Below are positions 36,994 to 51,435 of a DNA stretch of 64,000 nt, one piece after another. The notes below the pieces were generated by a model. The model was given only the letters and a program-made list of their open reading frames with translations. It was not told the origin of the DNA and did no database searches. This DNA comes from Podarcis gaigeae (taxonomy: Eukaryota). The DNA is taken from assembly GCA_964106915.2 (NCBI GenBank), contig OZ066919.1. One strand, given 5' to 3'. How positions within the stretch are numbered: position 1 is the first letter of the stretch; every line of letters starts with the position of its first letter. Position numbers and translations under genes: made by a program.

Positions 36994-38619
36994 TGCTGGT
37001 TCTCACAGTCTTCCCTTAAGGAGCATAATGTTCCATTCAAGGCATGCCACAGTTTACAGTGATATTTTCAACTTACTTGACTTCCACAACTTTAGTGGCA
37101 TGGAAGAAACAAGATGTCCCCACCATTTAACAAGTGGGGTGAAACTTATCCATCTATGAAAGACATGCAAGATGCTTATTCTATCTCTTAGGGTTGGGAT
37201 AGAATAACGCACTTTGTTTTTAAACTGGACTTTATTTTTATTTTTTTTAAAATCAAGATGGTAACAGTTTGGTTTTAATATAATAATGTTCTTAAGGAAG
37301 GAAATACACAAACCCATGCAGTCCCACTATCCTGGCTGTTTGTGGATAAATGATATAAATACTTGAATTTAGATTGTGAATTAGAGTTTTCATTACCAAG
37401 AGAACCTTCTTGTCTTAGGCGCAGATTGTTAAGGGACAGCTGCGTATGTGTTTGTTGTTAAAAAAATATACGCGTGGCTACAAATTCACATTATATGAGA
37501 AAATTAGAGATGGGTTAAGAAAGATTCCTGAACTCCAATTAGTTTCTACACATGGGGATTTTGTATGTCTGAAGCCCAGGAGTACTTCATATGCTGTGAA
37601 TGACAACCTGCTACAACAGCAGTTCAACAATCCAGGCTTTCTGGACATTGCCTCAGATTTTCCTGGCATGCATCAACACAGCTATTTTCTGCTCTAAAAA
37701 ATACTCTGTAGACGTGGACAGCACATTTCATTAGGGTGTGCACCCAGGAATTTATTGAATACATATTCATACTCCATCATAAAGGATATTAATTTTATAC
37801 ATCAAATGAACTAAAACATAACTAAACTCTTTTATTTTAATTAGCAACTAAAATATCATTTATTTATTTAGCTGTAGTGATAGTCAGGTGTATACAAAGA
37901 TACAGTCAGTTTTATTTTTCTTTATATTTAATTACACAACCAAAATTGACCAAAACAGATTAAGGGTGCTTCATCTTCCTGTCTTAGAGAGCGAGATGCT
38001 TCTCACCATGAGTTATGGACTTAAATTCCTCAACCACATCATTCTAATTAACTGAAAAGCAGCCCTTCACTCCCACAGATATCTCTACACAAAAGGTGAC
38101 AAGTGGAGCTCGGGTGGAGACAGAGCTATGAGACAGAAGAAGGCTAGGATGTCCAAATTCCTACCTTACTACCACTACAGGAGCCAATCATCTCATCACT
38201 GCTTCTAGGGGCAGACTCAGGCAGAAGCTGCAATTCCACCCCAGATCCATTCCAACTTTTTATTCTGCCTATGTCTCTCTGTCCCCTTCCCTTCCCTTTC
38301 TTTCCCTTCCACCTTTGTCTCTCTCCCACCACTCTTCCCCACAGGTCCTGGCCACTGAGGGAGCTGTGTTGCCACTTCGTTCTCTTCCCTCCACACCACA
38401 ATTCCGGTTTTTTAAAAAGCAACGACAAGAACAATGTTAGGGTGTGCCTAGGCACACCCAGCACACCCAGTGTGCATGTCTGCAGTATGTACACTCCCTT
38501 TTTGGAGCAGAACTTATATAGCTGTTGTTTGACATCTTAAGGAAGCTCCACAGACCTGCATGTGGAAATAGAAGCCTTGGAACCTCATACCTCTAAAATG
38601 GTTTTGGATAGCAAATCCT

Positions 38620-38720
38620 TTGTGGTCTTGAGCAGTTTAGCTCAACTCTCTGCCTCAAACTCTCCATGTTGAAAAATGGGGATAATACCTACCTCACAAG
38701 GCCATTGTGAAAATGAGTGT
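38620..38720 (+). mobile_element. MIR/CORE-SINE remnant in the putative 3'UTR (another near 16600-16715)
   Basis: ctctctgcctca...aaaatggggataatacctacctcacaagg..ttgtgaaaat matches the MIR core. Confidence 0.7.
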
Positions 38721-40458
38721 ATGGGCTTTTGGTGATAGTTCATTTGAATGGCTTCTTCCTAGCCGTGGGAGCTTCATACACATTCCTCTGTGTTTTGTAC
38801 TTTGAGGAACATTGAATCTGAAGTGTGAATCCATGCTAGGCAATGATGGCTGCATTTGGATGTCATAAAAAACAACAACCCAGGAGTAGACCTAGCCTTT
38901 TTTGGGACTGATGCAGTATGTGCTCATCTTGCCTCCTCTGGTGTGGCCAAAGAAGGAGTTTAGAAGCAATCACTTCAGATTTCAATTAACTACAGTTTAG
39001 TGTTACATCCAAACCCTAAACTTTGGCTAATGTTAACTATGTTTTGTTGAAACAAGCCAGCCTCATAATCTATGGGTTGAAGTTGGCTTCTTTTCAACAA
39101 ACCATACTTGACAGTAGCCACAGTTTTACAGTTGCGTAAAGCACAACAAGCTTTGGTTAATCAAAAACAGAAGTGAAAACTTCCAAATTCCTTGTTGCTG
39201 GATTGCAGGAAGCAACAGAACCCAGAGGGGGGCTAGGCTCTCATTGCTTTCAGTTTATCATGATATCCAACCTCTAAATATCTTCATTCCTATTGCAACC
39301 ACTCAGTGTGCATTGACTTCTTCTGAAGGTTCTTGTTCTCAGAAAACTATCCCTTTAATGGATGGAGCTCAGGAATGTTTTCTATTTGCCCATTTCTAAT
39401 TGAAATACTACCCTGATTTATCTGTTTGTGTGAGGATCATACAAAAGTTAGATAGTTAGCTCAGCAAATTAGTTATGAGCCTATGTAACAGAGACAAATA
39501 TTTAAAGCAGTGGAGGTAGATGAGACAGATAATGACTGCTAATCCAGTAACTGCTAATTCATAGTTTAATGCAAGTGGGAGGAGGAGTTCAATAGCTTAT
39601 GCTTGCATTTCTGCTTAACCGCAGCTTGTCATGCCATCTGAACCAACAAACTGTCGTTCATGTAAACTATGGTTTAATTAAAACAGACTAACTTCAAATG
39701 GTGTTTCAACAAGCCATAGTTGACATTAACCATGGTTTAGGGTTTAGATGAAATACTAAAATTGAAGATAATGGGGATAGGAAGCAAAGACTTCCAGACA
39801 TCTCTTGCAGTTAGTTCAGAAGCCTGAGGCTCCAAGCACAATCACATCACACTAAACTATGGTTTAGCATGGCTTTTGAATACTGTCAGTTAATCAAAGT
39901 TTGGATAATGAGGCTTCTACTGTACAATGTCTCCTTATAAAGCTATTTCCATTTACATCAGAAGAGGGGTTTTTTCATATAAAAAATCTGAAATAAGTCT
40001 TAAGATCCATACCATTTGAAAAGATTCCTGATAATAACTTGGGTATCAGAACAACACTGAACTAGTACTGCTAAAACTTGAAAAGAGGTTTATTGACCCT
40101 TATTCTTGTAGAACTGTCAAAAAGCCTAAGCATTGAAACCACCAGGCATTTTGTATTACTTTGCTGAATCATGAACAAGTGGTTGCAAAATCCTATTTTT
40201 TACATGTAAGTGTTTGTATAAGGATTGTTATTTCGTGTTGTATATTTGTATATAGAGGTCTATCTTTTATATGTCCACAGTATATATATGTTATCATTCC
40301 ATCATCACCATTATTAAGTGCCACCTTCCTGCACTGGGGATTTTGTGCACATCATGCTGTTGTGTGGTTTTACACCTGGGTAGTTAGTTGTCTTCTGCCT
40401 TCGCAGCATACTAAAGACAAGCTCTCATTTCTCCCCAGGTAGATTCCCACTCAGCTCT

Positions 40459-40464
40459 AATAAA
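40459..40464 (+). terminator. Probable ST6GALNAC3 polyadenylation signal (3'UTR about 36994-40480)
   Basis: First canonical AATAAA I found by eye after the stop codon. It is preceded by several TGTA motifs (40150-40255) and followed by a U/GU-rich tract (ttgctttatttgtgggcttgt). Confidence 0.5.
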
Positions 40465-43400
40465 TTACCTCAAGCCCTTGCTTTATTTGTGGGCTTGTAA
40501 CTACCTCACGGTAAACACAACGAGTTTCTCTTGGTTCAGCAGTCAAGGGTTAGAACAGAATGTGTGCACAAACCTTGTCAGGAAAACATCATTCACCAGC
40601 AGTGCTCTTGAGTACTCCACGACTTCCTTGCCGCTCCTGATATTAGTCTCATTGCTTTTATTCCTTCTGTGACTGTGCCCTTGCTTGCCAGTTGTTAGAA
40701 ATGTCTTCTACCTTTATTCATTGTACTTTGCTTTTTATTCTTTATACAGTTCAGCATATACAGGCAGAGCAGGATGAGGATGTTAGGAAACTGTGAGTAA
40801 ATGCACCGTATAAACATATATTCCATTTTATACTAGTTTGGGGATATGGCTTCCCCTTCAGAATTACAGTTTGTTGAGGGTGCTAAGAATACTCTGCTTA
40901 CCATCCTATCCATGTCCACAGTTTGGGATAACAAGATGACTGTTATACCACTTTTAAGTCTAAGGTAGATACTCCTTGAAATTAGTTGAATGTATCAAGA
41001 CGAGTGGCTTCTCAACATACTAGTTGGGCATTTTAGTAAAACACAAGAGCAATCAATTAGTACCCCGTTTAAAAAAGTGCAGCTTTTTGTTGAACCATCC
41101 ATCAATTGTGCTGTACAAAGTGCTTTGTTATCACTAGTTTCCTAGCATAGCATTTGGGTCAGATAGCAATCATCATAGAATTCAGCAGGGCCCATGTGTG
41201 ACCTGTGGATTGTGGGTCTTTACAGTTGGTCATTGTCCTCAAGGGGTTTGGCAATATGCCCTAACCAGATTCTAAGGAACATCAAAGGTCATGTCACCAC
41301 CACATCTAATTGTCATAATTATTTTATATTGTATTATTGTTCCTTTATCATGATTTGAATGGACATTTACCCAGTCAGTGAGAGGATACTTGAAGATAGA
41401 CAGAGAACATGTTCTTATTTGCCTGTTTCTCTGACTTTAACCATTTCAAGATTGCCATTTGAGCTTAGATTTGGGAAGAGCATTGGGATGTCTTCACCAT
41501 TACTTGTAATGCTGAGACAAACGATGACTTGACACGAACAAGTGTCAGGATACACAGAGATAAAATCATGACTGTTTTATTCCTCTCCCAGGCCTGCTGT
41601 ACTACCTGGAACTAATGGTTTGGCTTAGCATTACGTATGAATCTAGTCTTGTGGTTGGTCTCAGTGCAGCTAAGGTTTGTTCTTGACTTACCACTCATAG
41701 TTTACTTGGGGGAGACAAACCACAAGCCTGGGTACACATGTAACATTCAGCCAAACCATAGCTTAGCACCAGGTAGCATAGCATCAGTAGGACAAGGGGA
41801 GAAGGCTGCCACTTTTGCTATGTTCACACATGCATTTGCTTGTTCATGCTTAGCTGTGGTTTGGCTCAATGTTGTGTGCAAACCAGGCCAGAAATACTTG
41901 TTAGGTCTGATATTTCTACCCATGATTTTTTTCCTCCTAAACTTTCTAATTTACAAGAAGCCACAGCACCTGTAATCTAAAGTGTCCATAATCATATTAA
42001 CAGTGAGCAACATAATCCAAGCTCCATTGATTTAAGCAGAATTGATTTCCAAGTAAGCTTTTGGAATGAAGATGGGCTCAAATAAGCCCCAATGCCCTGA
42101 AGCATCAGCTCCAGCCTTCCCATGTTGAGTAAAAGTGCTCTGCTCTGATTAACATGGGATCTTGGCTCCTTTTAATCTAAAGTCATATGCCATCTGCTTC
42201 ATACACAAATGAGGCCAATATCTCCCACTTTTCTTTGAGATACATTTGCAGGAAATGGCAAGGCTGCCCAGGGAAGGATAGCTGCATGATTAGCATGAAA
42301 TGGAGTCAACCAGTCACCTTGAAAAACATGTATATGCAACCATACAGCAATTACCACTCCAGGTACTGTTTCCTATTTATTTAGCACTGTGTTGGGGAAA
42401 GTGAACCAACTCTAGGGCAAATTGGACAGAGATGAAAGGAGTTTTTAGGCCTTCATGAAAACCTATCAAGGCTGAGACAGGAAGTAAACAGAGTCTAGCT
42501 ATTTATTCATCAAGGCATTCTGTATGGCGTTCAGAAGTCACTTTAGCTTTGTATCCTGCAAGAAATGAAAGATCAGAAAAAGCCGGAGCTGTTGAAAATG
42601 CAACATTTCCAGCTCTGAAGCAAATAAGTGGGGGGTTGGACCTTTATAAAAGTCGATATCTGTTGTATGTAGCAATGTTGAAGGACACCTTTTACTTGAT
42701 TTGTGGGCAGACAGACATGAAAATTTATCCAGTGCTATAAGCTTGAGAACACTCAACCAGAACCTTGTTTTTAGCATCAATAGCATTCTGTTTATGAGGT
42801 ACTAACAGAAAGTATTTTTGACGGGGGGGGGGGTGCTGGTTTTATAAAGCTCCTTTGATATTTATCTTCTTAGGGATATACACATTTATAATTCATGGAA
42901 GGGTCCCCCCCCATCTTTAAAGGCCATTTCTCTTTGATGAGCACCATCTCCTCCCATTACTTGCTTTCTAGCCTTCCTGCATATATTCAGGCCACAATCA
43001 AACACAAGTTGAAATAAATAGGCTTAAGTTTGCTGAGTTCTCTACCGGATTGTGGCTCAAGTAAATAAAGTATCAGTGGGATTCTGAACACACTTACTTA
43101 GGAGGAGCAGTGCAATCCTATGCAGTCCCTAGTAAGTGTGTTTAGGATTGCAACCCCATTCCCATTGAATTCAGCAGAATTTATTTTTGAGTAGACATGG
43201 AAATGATTGCAACTGCATATTGACTAGGGATGGGGAAGCTGTAGCCCCCCCAGATGTTGTACTACAGCTGCCATCATCCTTTACCATTGGCTGTGCTGTC
43301 AAGGGCTGATAAGAATTGGGAATCCAACAACCATTGGAGGGCTACAGTTTCCCCTTCCCTGACATAGATACTACTGTAATAAACCATTTCTTCCCTGAAA

Positions 43401-44676
43401 TATAGTGTTACTTGTATACTATCACAGTACTTTTTGAATCACTTTTTCTTGAGCAACCAGGGAAGCCTTCACATGATAATATTCTTATATGCAGTGCTAT
43501 TTTTCTAGAAACAGAGGTGCCGGAACTCACCATGAATGCCTCTCTTATTCTCTTCTAATGGCAATGGCGCCCACCTGAGAGATGCCAAACCCAAGTTCCA
43601 GTTGGGGGGAAAGCCCTGATTGTAGGCCTTCTGCAGACTGAGTTGGAATGACAAGAATGCAGCAGGAGTCAAAATAACGCTAATTCTCAAGCCTTTCTGA
43701 TCAGTCCATTGCAAAATGGACTATTTATATAAATGTATATAAAGTTTCCTATTTGATTCCTGTAGTGTTCAGGCATTAAAAAAAAAAATTCTGGCCCAGG
43801 TTAGGGATGCAGGTACATCCTTTGGTCACTGGTAAGGGCTGCCCCCCCCCAAAAAAAACCCTTAAGGTGATCACAAAGTGCCCGCTAGCACCATCTCTTC
43901 TTCCTCACCCTACCCCAAACCTCAAAAACTTACCTTTAGGGCAAGAGGATGCTAAGGTGGTCAGACAGCGGTGGGCACCCCAAGGACACAGTGGAGTATC
44001 TTTCCCTGCCAAGGGTTGGTGTGGGACTTCAAGTTGCAGAATCCTCAGTGAGGAAATGATGCTATTTGCATAATTTCTAATAAGGAAAAGGAAACGACAT
44101 GAACAGAATGATTTCCCCATGTTCCTTAGGATTCTGGGACTAGTACTCCGGGTTCTATTCCTAGTGGGGGGGAATGCTTTGGTAGGTTTCTGGGAGTGCC
44201 TGTCGCCTCTTGAAATGAGGTGATTTCTTCACATGCCCCTTAGTGTCAAGGAGGCAGCTTTGACTAAAGTTCTTTCTGTTAAACTATTCCTCATTCTTGG
44301 TGCCTTTTCTCGGATCTAGAACCATCACACCTCTACTGCTTTATCCTTCCCTTGTCCCAAACAGAAGTTCTTCAGCTTCAGAGCAGAGTAAAACGGCTGA
44401 TTTGGGGACCAAGGTAGCTCACAAGAGCAATGCTTGGAATGCTCACAAACACTTAAGAGTTGGGGTTGCAGTATGCTTGTGGCAAACAGGTCATAATGGC
44501 TCCAGCACAGGTCTTCGTCAAAAGAAGGTGTGTCTGTGATATATTTACATAGTCATAGAACAAAGACATTCACATGAATAGGAGAAGAGTTGATCATTAA
44601 CATGGGGGTGGGCTACATGGGGTCAGGCATAACCAAGGAGATAAGGTGGATTTCATTGAATTGCTTTACTGACATT

Positions 44677-44760
44677 GGCTGCAGTCCTGTGCACACTTAT
44701 ATGGCAGTAAGTGCCATTGAACTGAGAGGGCCTTACTTCTGAGTAGACATGTTTAGGACC
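44677..44760. repeat. Short palindromic interspersed repeat (tcctatgcacacttac...gtaagt..ccattgaa..acttac..taggattgca); copies near 12945, 21272, 43085-43212, 54960
   Basis: Recurrent fold-back motif seen at several positions. Confidence 0.6.
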
Positions 44761-46535
44761 TCTAGCCACACTACATGATAGGTATTTTCCACTCATTAGA
44801 TTCCAGGGTTCATTGCTCCCCCCCCCCCCGCATATTTTTGCTTGCTAGCAATTATGTGTTTGTTTGTATATATTATATATGCAACCCAGTGTGTTTTTTC
44901 TTTTAAAAAACAGTGCTAATGTGCATTGCTAACAGAAATTATTTACAAGTCTCAATTATGTTCCTACATGTCTTTGAAGTTTGCTTGTGCTGACAGATGT
45001 GAGCATAACAGATTCCCCTCTAGAGTTTAGAGTCACTGTTACCGTCGGCATTTTAAAATGTACTTTTGACATTTTGCCATTTCTCTGTTTTCTTACTGTA
45101 AGTTATTTTGTCTTTCATTTTCCATTTTGAATTCTTATGTATTTGGGGGAGGGAGTATTTCATGGGGAAATGTGCCTGGGGATATTTTAAAGCTTAAACA
45201 ATAAATGTATACAGGGTTTTTTCCCCTTCCATATTTTCTCTCTCTCTTTCTTATTGTCAGTAACAGTATGCAGATGTTATTATTTGTTCCATCAGTGTTA
45301 ATATACAAAACATCTTCCAAAAGAACTGGATTGCTGTACTTGATTGAACTTAAAGGTGCTTCTACATGTTACCTTTATTGTATCATGTCCACCTGATGGT
45401 GGGGGACCTATTGATCTCCGGATGTTGCTGGAGTTCATCTTGCATAATCCCACAGCTTCCATCCATTTAAGCAGAGCTAACATAAGTTCAAACATTCACT
45501 CATGCATCAAGTTTATAACTGATTACATGAAACCTAGTAATACTATAGGAATAATAGAAGCATCACTGGCATCAGTCCCGGATTTAGGGGGGTGCAGGTG
45601 ATTCTCCTGCACAGGGCACCAAGCCGAGGGAGCGCATAATAATAATAACAACAACAACAACAACAACAACAAAACCCACATTTATCTGAGAAGTTCCATA
45701 AAAAGCAACTGAATTATTGTGGAAATAATAAATATTTAGGTGGTGAGCACCAAATCTTGTCCTTGTTCAGGGCACCATATTTACCAAAGTCTGTCCCTAG
45801 TGCCATGAATACATGAGTATTTCAGGCTTATTATACAAAATAATATCAGGCAACAGTTCTTTCCTAAACCACAGAAAGATACAAGATAACTGTTTACAAC
45901 TTGCTCCAGTTCAATACAAACCACTTTTGGGTTATCAAAGCTCTGAGGATCCTTCAATCTATATCCTGCCAAGGGATTTGTTAAGAATATATGTTGCTTT
46001 TCCAAAGTTTTTCTTTCATTTCTCTTCAGGGTCATTAGGGTCTGAGTGGGAATGAATACTAATAGGACAATATAGTCTTCTGGGTAAATTACATGCTCCT
46101 TGTTTTCATGCTGATCAGATAGTTCAATACGGTTTTCTCAGTCTACATTCCTTCTGTATATAGCACCAGAATAAACATCAAGCCATGTCTTGCCTTATGG
46201 ATCCACCTGCTATTTATGTAACAAATTTTAATTACGGAAATTATTTCATGCTGTTGGGGGGGGAGGCAACCCTTTACAAACATGTGCAGTGGTTCCTAGG
46301 CATGCATAATGGAAAGCATCTTTTTAAAGCCCTTTTATAAAATGTTGGTTTTTGAACATTTTTGTGCTATTCAGGAGTCTAGCTACATTTTCTCTTCTCA
46401 TCCTGCAAACTGTTTAATGAAGAATATACACACTTCCAAACGACAGCATTCATCTGCTTTATTGAAGGTATGTTTCTGGCTGACCACAGAAGTCTTCAGG
46501 CTTAACATGAGTTTTGGGTTACATTTTGCAGTGTT

Positions 46536-46712
46536 AGGCCTTATAACAAGTCAGACCGTTGCTCCATCTAGCACCATATTGTCTACACTGACTAGCAATA
46601 ACCCTCCAGGATTTCGGACCAAGACTCTCCCAGCCCTACCTGGAGATGGTAGGGATTGGACCTGGGACCTTTTGCATCCAAAGCATGTTGCTCAACCACT
46701 TTGCCTTTGAGC
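46536..46712 (-). mobile_element. Squam3-like SINE
   Basis: cagccctacctggagatggtagggattggacctgggaccttttgcat, the same family as 8557 and 19320. Confidence 0.7.
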
Positions 46713-49700
46713 TTCATAGTAAGGAGAACCTTACAACCACCTAACTCTTTGAGAAAAACATTTTTTGCTGTCTATATTGCAGTCCCCAAGATAGATGCTA
46801 CCACAACTGGACCAGGGAAGAAGAAAAGAAACCAACCTGGTGTGTACCCCTTTGCCTTCAATGGCAGCTTGATCTGCCAAAACACTGTTCTTTGTATACT
46901 TGCATTATCTAATCATGTGGTTCCCAGTTAGCTAAGTAGCATTCTACTTAGCCATGTCATGGACCCCTACTTTTGGAATGGTTTATATCTCTGTTGTAGT
47001 TTTTTGTTATATGAATGGTGCCACAGAGCCCCTGGTGGGTTCCATAGACCCCGTGGGTCACCAGTTGGGAACCACTGATCTAATCCACAACCGAAACCTT
47101 ATGTATAACAAAGCTACTGATATTTTTAGAAGAGGGTGGGGGAGTGCCTCTGGCAATAAGTATTAGAAGGCTTGCCTTGACACAGAGAAGGCCATGCTAG
47201 TCCATGTGAGACTGTGCTTGGATGGCCCTAATGCAGGCATAGGGAACCTGTGAACCTCTAGTTCTTAGACTGCAATTCCCATCATCCCACACTCACTCCT
47301 GGTCTAATTTATAAGGCCAGGCTGTGTAACTATAATATGAAGTGCCCACTAGAAACATGCTGTACTTGGTTGACTTCTTTCCTTCATTGTGTTTTTATGT
47401 TGTTGTTTTTAACTTTGTATTTGCAACAGAATTTATTGATTATTTTGGGGGTGAGTGGGTGAGTGGGAAATAATAATTTCCCCAAATATCCTTGTCTGAG
47501 TGGAGATTTGAACCCAAGTCTGTTTAGTACAAATCCAGCAATGACTAATTGCTATTGGCATGGTGTGTGTGTATCCCTGGTAGAAGAAAATAAATGACGG
47601 CATGCTGCTGGGATACTAACTCTTGCAAGAAATATGGTTGTATGTACATTGGAAGATTAAAAGTGCAGCCATTAGAATCAATATAGTTAATGCACTGGTA
47701 CCAAGTAAGATTTTTCTTCAGCGACTCCCACTGCTAAGCCCGTTCTGTCTACCCCATGATGGGCTACATCCAGCAACAATTGAGGGTGCACACCATGGCA
47801 TACACATATACGTACTGGAAAATGTTGTAATGAAATTCTAAGCTGCTGTGGTAGTTTAGGGTCTAAAGAGCTTCTTTCCTTTGCTTTCAAAAGCACCCTT
47901 TAAAAATATTATCATACTGCAGCAGCATTTTCTCAACTCTTTATCTTGTAAATGCTTTTGGACACACAGACCATGGGATTAATTATATATCGTGAGCAAC
48001 AATTCATGAATATTTAACACTCTCATTTATTCTTAATGAAGAATTATGCATTTTGACAGTGTTATTTAATGTGTTTTAAGGAAATACTGCTCATTACCTT
48101 TCCATTTTTTATTTTAGATTTGCAGAATGGAATCAGAATAATAAGGGGGATAGATGGAGCAGTTATTTTAAATGTCATTGTTCCTCTGTTTGTTTTTCAA
48201 TATTTCTTTTATTCAAATATCTGCTCATTTGGGGGGGGGGGGCAGAGTTATGACGTTTCTGTCTGTTTGAGTCATAACTCAGCGCTATTATATTAAATCA
48301 TGAATCTTCCAGGCACAGTTAGGCAAATCAGTTTAAATAACAATACAGTTTTGGAGTCTAACTTGGGATTCTGTCCGCTAAAAACAACAACTAAAAACAA
48401 CAGCCAGCTCTCTCGTTGATGCCTATATCAGAGAGAGAAATGTCATGGTGGAAGAGAGAAAACAATAGACTAAATTCTAGAACCGTGATTATGAATGGCC
48501 CAAAGAGATTTCCATGCCAGGGGCAAAGCAAAGGGCAAAATGGCACCCCATCATCCCCATTCCACATTCAGAATCTGCCTAGGCTGGCAGTTGAATTTTA
48601 TTTAATCTCTTCCAGGGCAAAAGTACCACACCTGAAGACAGCAACCTAGGTTCAGGTGCAAAGCAAGTTATGTGGTGCACAGTAGTTTGAATTCCAACAG
48701 AGATGAGGAGGGAAGCTCATGAGGAATAGGTGGAAAGGCTATCTGGTATCTGCTGTCTGAAGTGGCTGGCTCACTCTGCCTAATGTTAGGGCCGGTCCTA
48801 ACAGTGTCATGGTGAGAGAACACCAGCCAGGATCAAAAGATCCCCACATTGGAACCATCAGTCAGATTGAAAGTAATATAATTATCTAAATGGAGGTTTG
48901 AACTTTGACTCACTTTTAATAGGGTTTCTTTCAAAAGAGATTCTGGCTGAATTAAATTACCTGAGTTTTAAACAATCCTCAGACTGTATCTATGCCTGTA
49001 TCTGTCTATGTACAGAAAGAGAAAGAGAGACCTGTAGTGCAGGGAGAATGAGGCAGCCGGCATCCAAAACCAGGAACAGCATTTGAGAGCTTCACATTCA
49101 ACAGGCAAACTCTGCATTGTAAAGCCTCATGACCTGACCTAAAGAATATCACCAGCCACTGCTACCCAATTGGCATACTGCCTTTTCCTGCTACACTTGG
49201 ACACTGCAAAATTAGCCACCAGGCAGCCAGTCTGGTTCCAATTTGTGAAGGTAAACTACTTCCTACATGCAGCTCTACAATTTCAGGGAAAGCATGTTCG
49301 GATCTCAATTATGTTTCCCAGGCTATTTGCTGCTGAAATCGCTGCACTCTGTGCTTCCATTTTGATAAGGAAGGAAAGCAATAATAAAAAAAATCCAATC
49401 TTTTACCACTTTTGCCATAGGGGAAATCTTGAATTTGTGGAAGGGGGTGACTGATTATATGCATCACGAAACAAAATGCATAATTAAACAGCAGCAACTC
49501 TCTAAACATAATCTACTCTTCTTCTGAGCAGCTGAAAGCACTGATGTTCCACCTTCACTAAGTATTAAAACTTCCTTCTTGCAATCAGCCTGGAAGCTTG
49601 CCAGATAAAAAGGTATTTGCTGAACAGACATAAAAGAAACAGCTTAATCTCCCCAGTGCCACACCTCTGTATGAGCCCGGAAAAGGATCTTATAAAAGAA

Positions 49701-50039
49701 TTGCTTGCATATGTATGCAGAGAACAGTCAACGGTATACTTAGAGGAAAGCATCCCATCTGTCCTACTTGGTGGAAATGTCTTCTCTGTAAGCTTGCAGG
49801 AAAACATCAAAGAAAGATTAAACTTGTCTTTTCTCCCCATCACTTTGATGGTTTTCTGCATGCCCTTCTTTAAAAAAAATGTTACGGCAAAGAGAATAGA
49901 GATGATAAAAGATACTTTTCTGAAAAAGCGAAACAGGGAGCTCCACTGATCTTTTGCTTATAATAAAAGCAAAAAAGCACTATGGTCTCCAAAGAAATAA
50001 TTTAAAAAACATTTAAAGAGGGCCAGCTGAATTGCATCC

Positions 50040-51435
50040 TAGAGGAACACACTGGTTCATTCTCACATCCTCTATAATTTTTGGGAAATGCTGGGAGTTC
50101 AGGAGAGATTCTGCAGGAAACAGGCAAGTGCCCCAGTCTTCAAAAAGGAGGATTCAGGTTACCATAGGATGGACAATCTGACAGTTTCTGGCTAGCATGC
50201 CAAAATGGAACAGGATTCTGCAGTACGTAGTACATTCCTGCTTTCTACATGGATTAATATGTATTTTGACAAAGATGCTAAAACTCTGGAAGATGCTATA
50301 ATGCAAGCAATTTGTAAGCAACTTGATAACAACAAAGTGACTTCCAGAAGCCAGAATGGATTTGTCAAGAATAAATTCTGCCAGACTAACCTTATCTCTC
50401 TTTTCCACTAAGCTAGTAGCTTAGTGGGTTGTAGGAATGTTATGGGTGTAATTTATCTTGATTTCATCAAAGCATTTGACAGAGTTCCATGTAATATTTT
50501 TGTTAACAAACTCTTTGAATGTGGCTTATACTAGAATGCAATCAAGCAGATTCAAAGTTGGTTATAAAACCCCATCCAAAGAATATACATCAGTGGCTCA
50601 GGCTTGGCAATAGTGAAAGTGACCTTGAGATGGCATTTGGTTACAAACATAAGCCAACAGTGAGATGCAGCAGCAAAAAACAAAACAAAACAAAAAACCC
50701 AACCCTAATGCAATTTTAGACTTCATTAATATAACTATAGTTTTCAAGTAACAAGGAATAATAATTCCACTTTAGTCCTCACTAGTCAGACACCATCTTG
50801 AATTCTGTGTTCAGCTCTGGTCAGTGCACATCAAGAAAGCAGACAAATTGGCTTCTTGTTGTTAAGTCATTTAGTCATGTCCGACTCCTCGTGACCCCAT
50901 GGACTAGAGCACGCCAGGCACTCCTGTCCTCCACTGCCTCCCGCAGTTTGGTCAAACTCATGCTGGTAGCTTCGAGAACACTATCCAACCATCTCGTCCT
51001 CTGTCGCCCCCTTCTCCTTGTGCCCTCCATCTTTCCCAACATCAGGGTCTTTTCCAGGGAGTCTTCCCTTCTCATGAGGTGGCCAAAGTATTGGAGTCTC
51101 AGCTTCAGGATCTGTCCTTCCAGTGAGCACTCAAGGCTGATTTCCTTAAGAATGGATAGGTTTGATCTTTTTGCAGTCCATGGGACTCTCAAGAGTCTCC
51201 TCCAGCACCATAATTCAAAAGCATCAATTCTTCAGCGATCAGCCTTCTTTATGGTCCAGCTCTCACTTCCATACATCACTACTGGGAAAACTTAGAGGAG
51301 AGCAATGAAGTGGATATGTAAAGCCTTAAAAAGAGAAGACTTAATGTGGGCACGATAACACTCCTCAAATACCAGAAAGCCTTATTCCCTACTACCTCAA
51401 AGCTTGCCCTCAAAGGGAAGGACTAGATCTGATGA
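50040..51435 (+). mobile_element. Degraded CR1 LINE RT fragment, interrupted by BovB
   Basis: SQNGFVKNKFCQTNLIS and IYLDFIKAFDRVP motifs at 50340-50495; LVRHHLEFCVQLW motif near 50780-50820; many stops and deletions. Confidence 0.85.
50855..51291 (-). mobile_element. RTE-BovB LINE 3' fragment
   Basis: ORF RVPWTAKRSNLSILKEI..CSLEG.ILKLRLQYFGHLMRREDSLEKTLMLGK.EG.RRRGRQR.RWLD...WRALVHGVT.SRT, with a (CAA)-like tail. Confidence 0.95.

Noticed and set aside
50798-51295. 165-aa plus-strand ORF
   Set aside because: Antisense frame of the BovB fragment.
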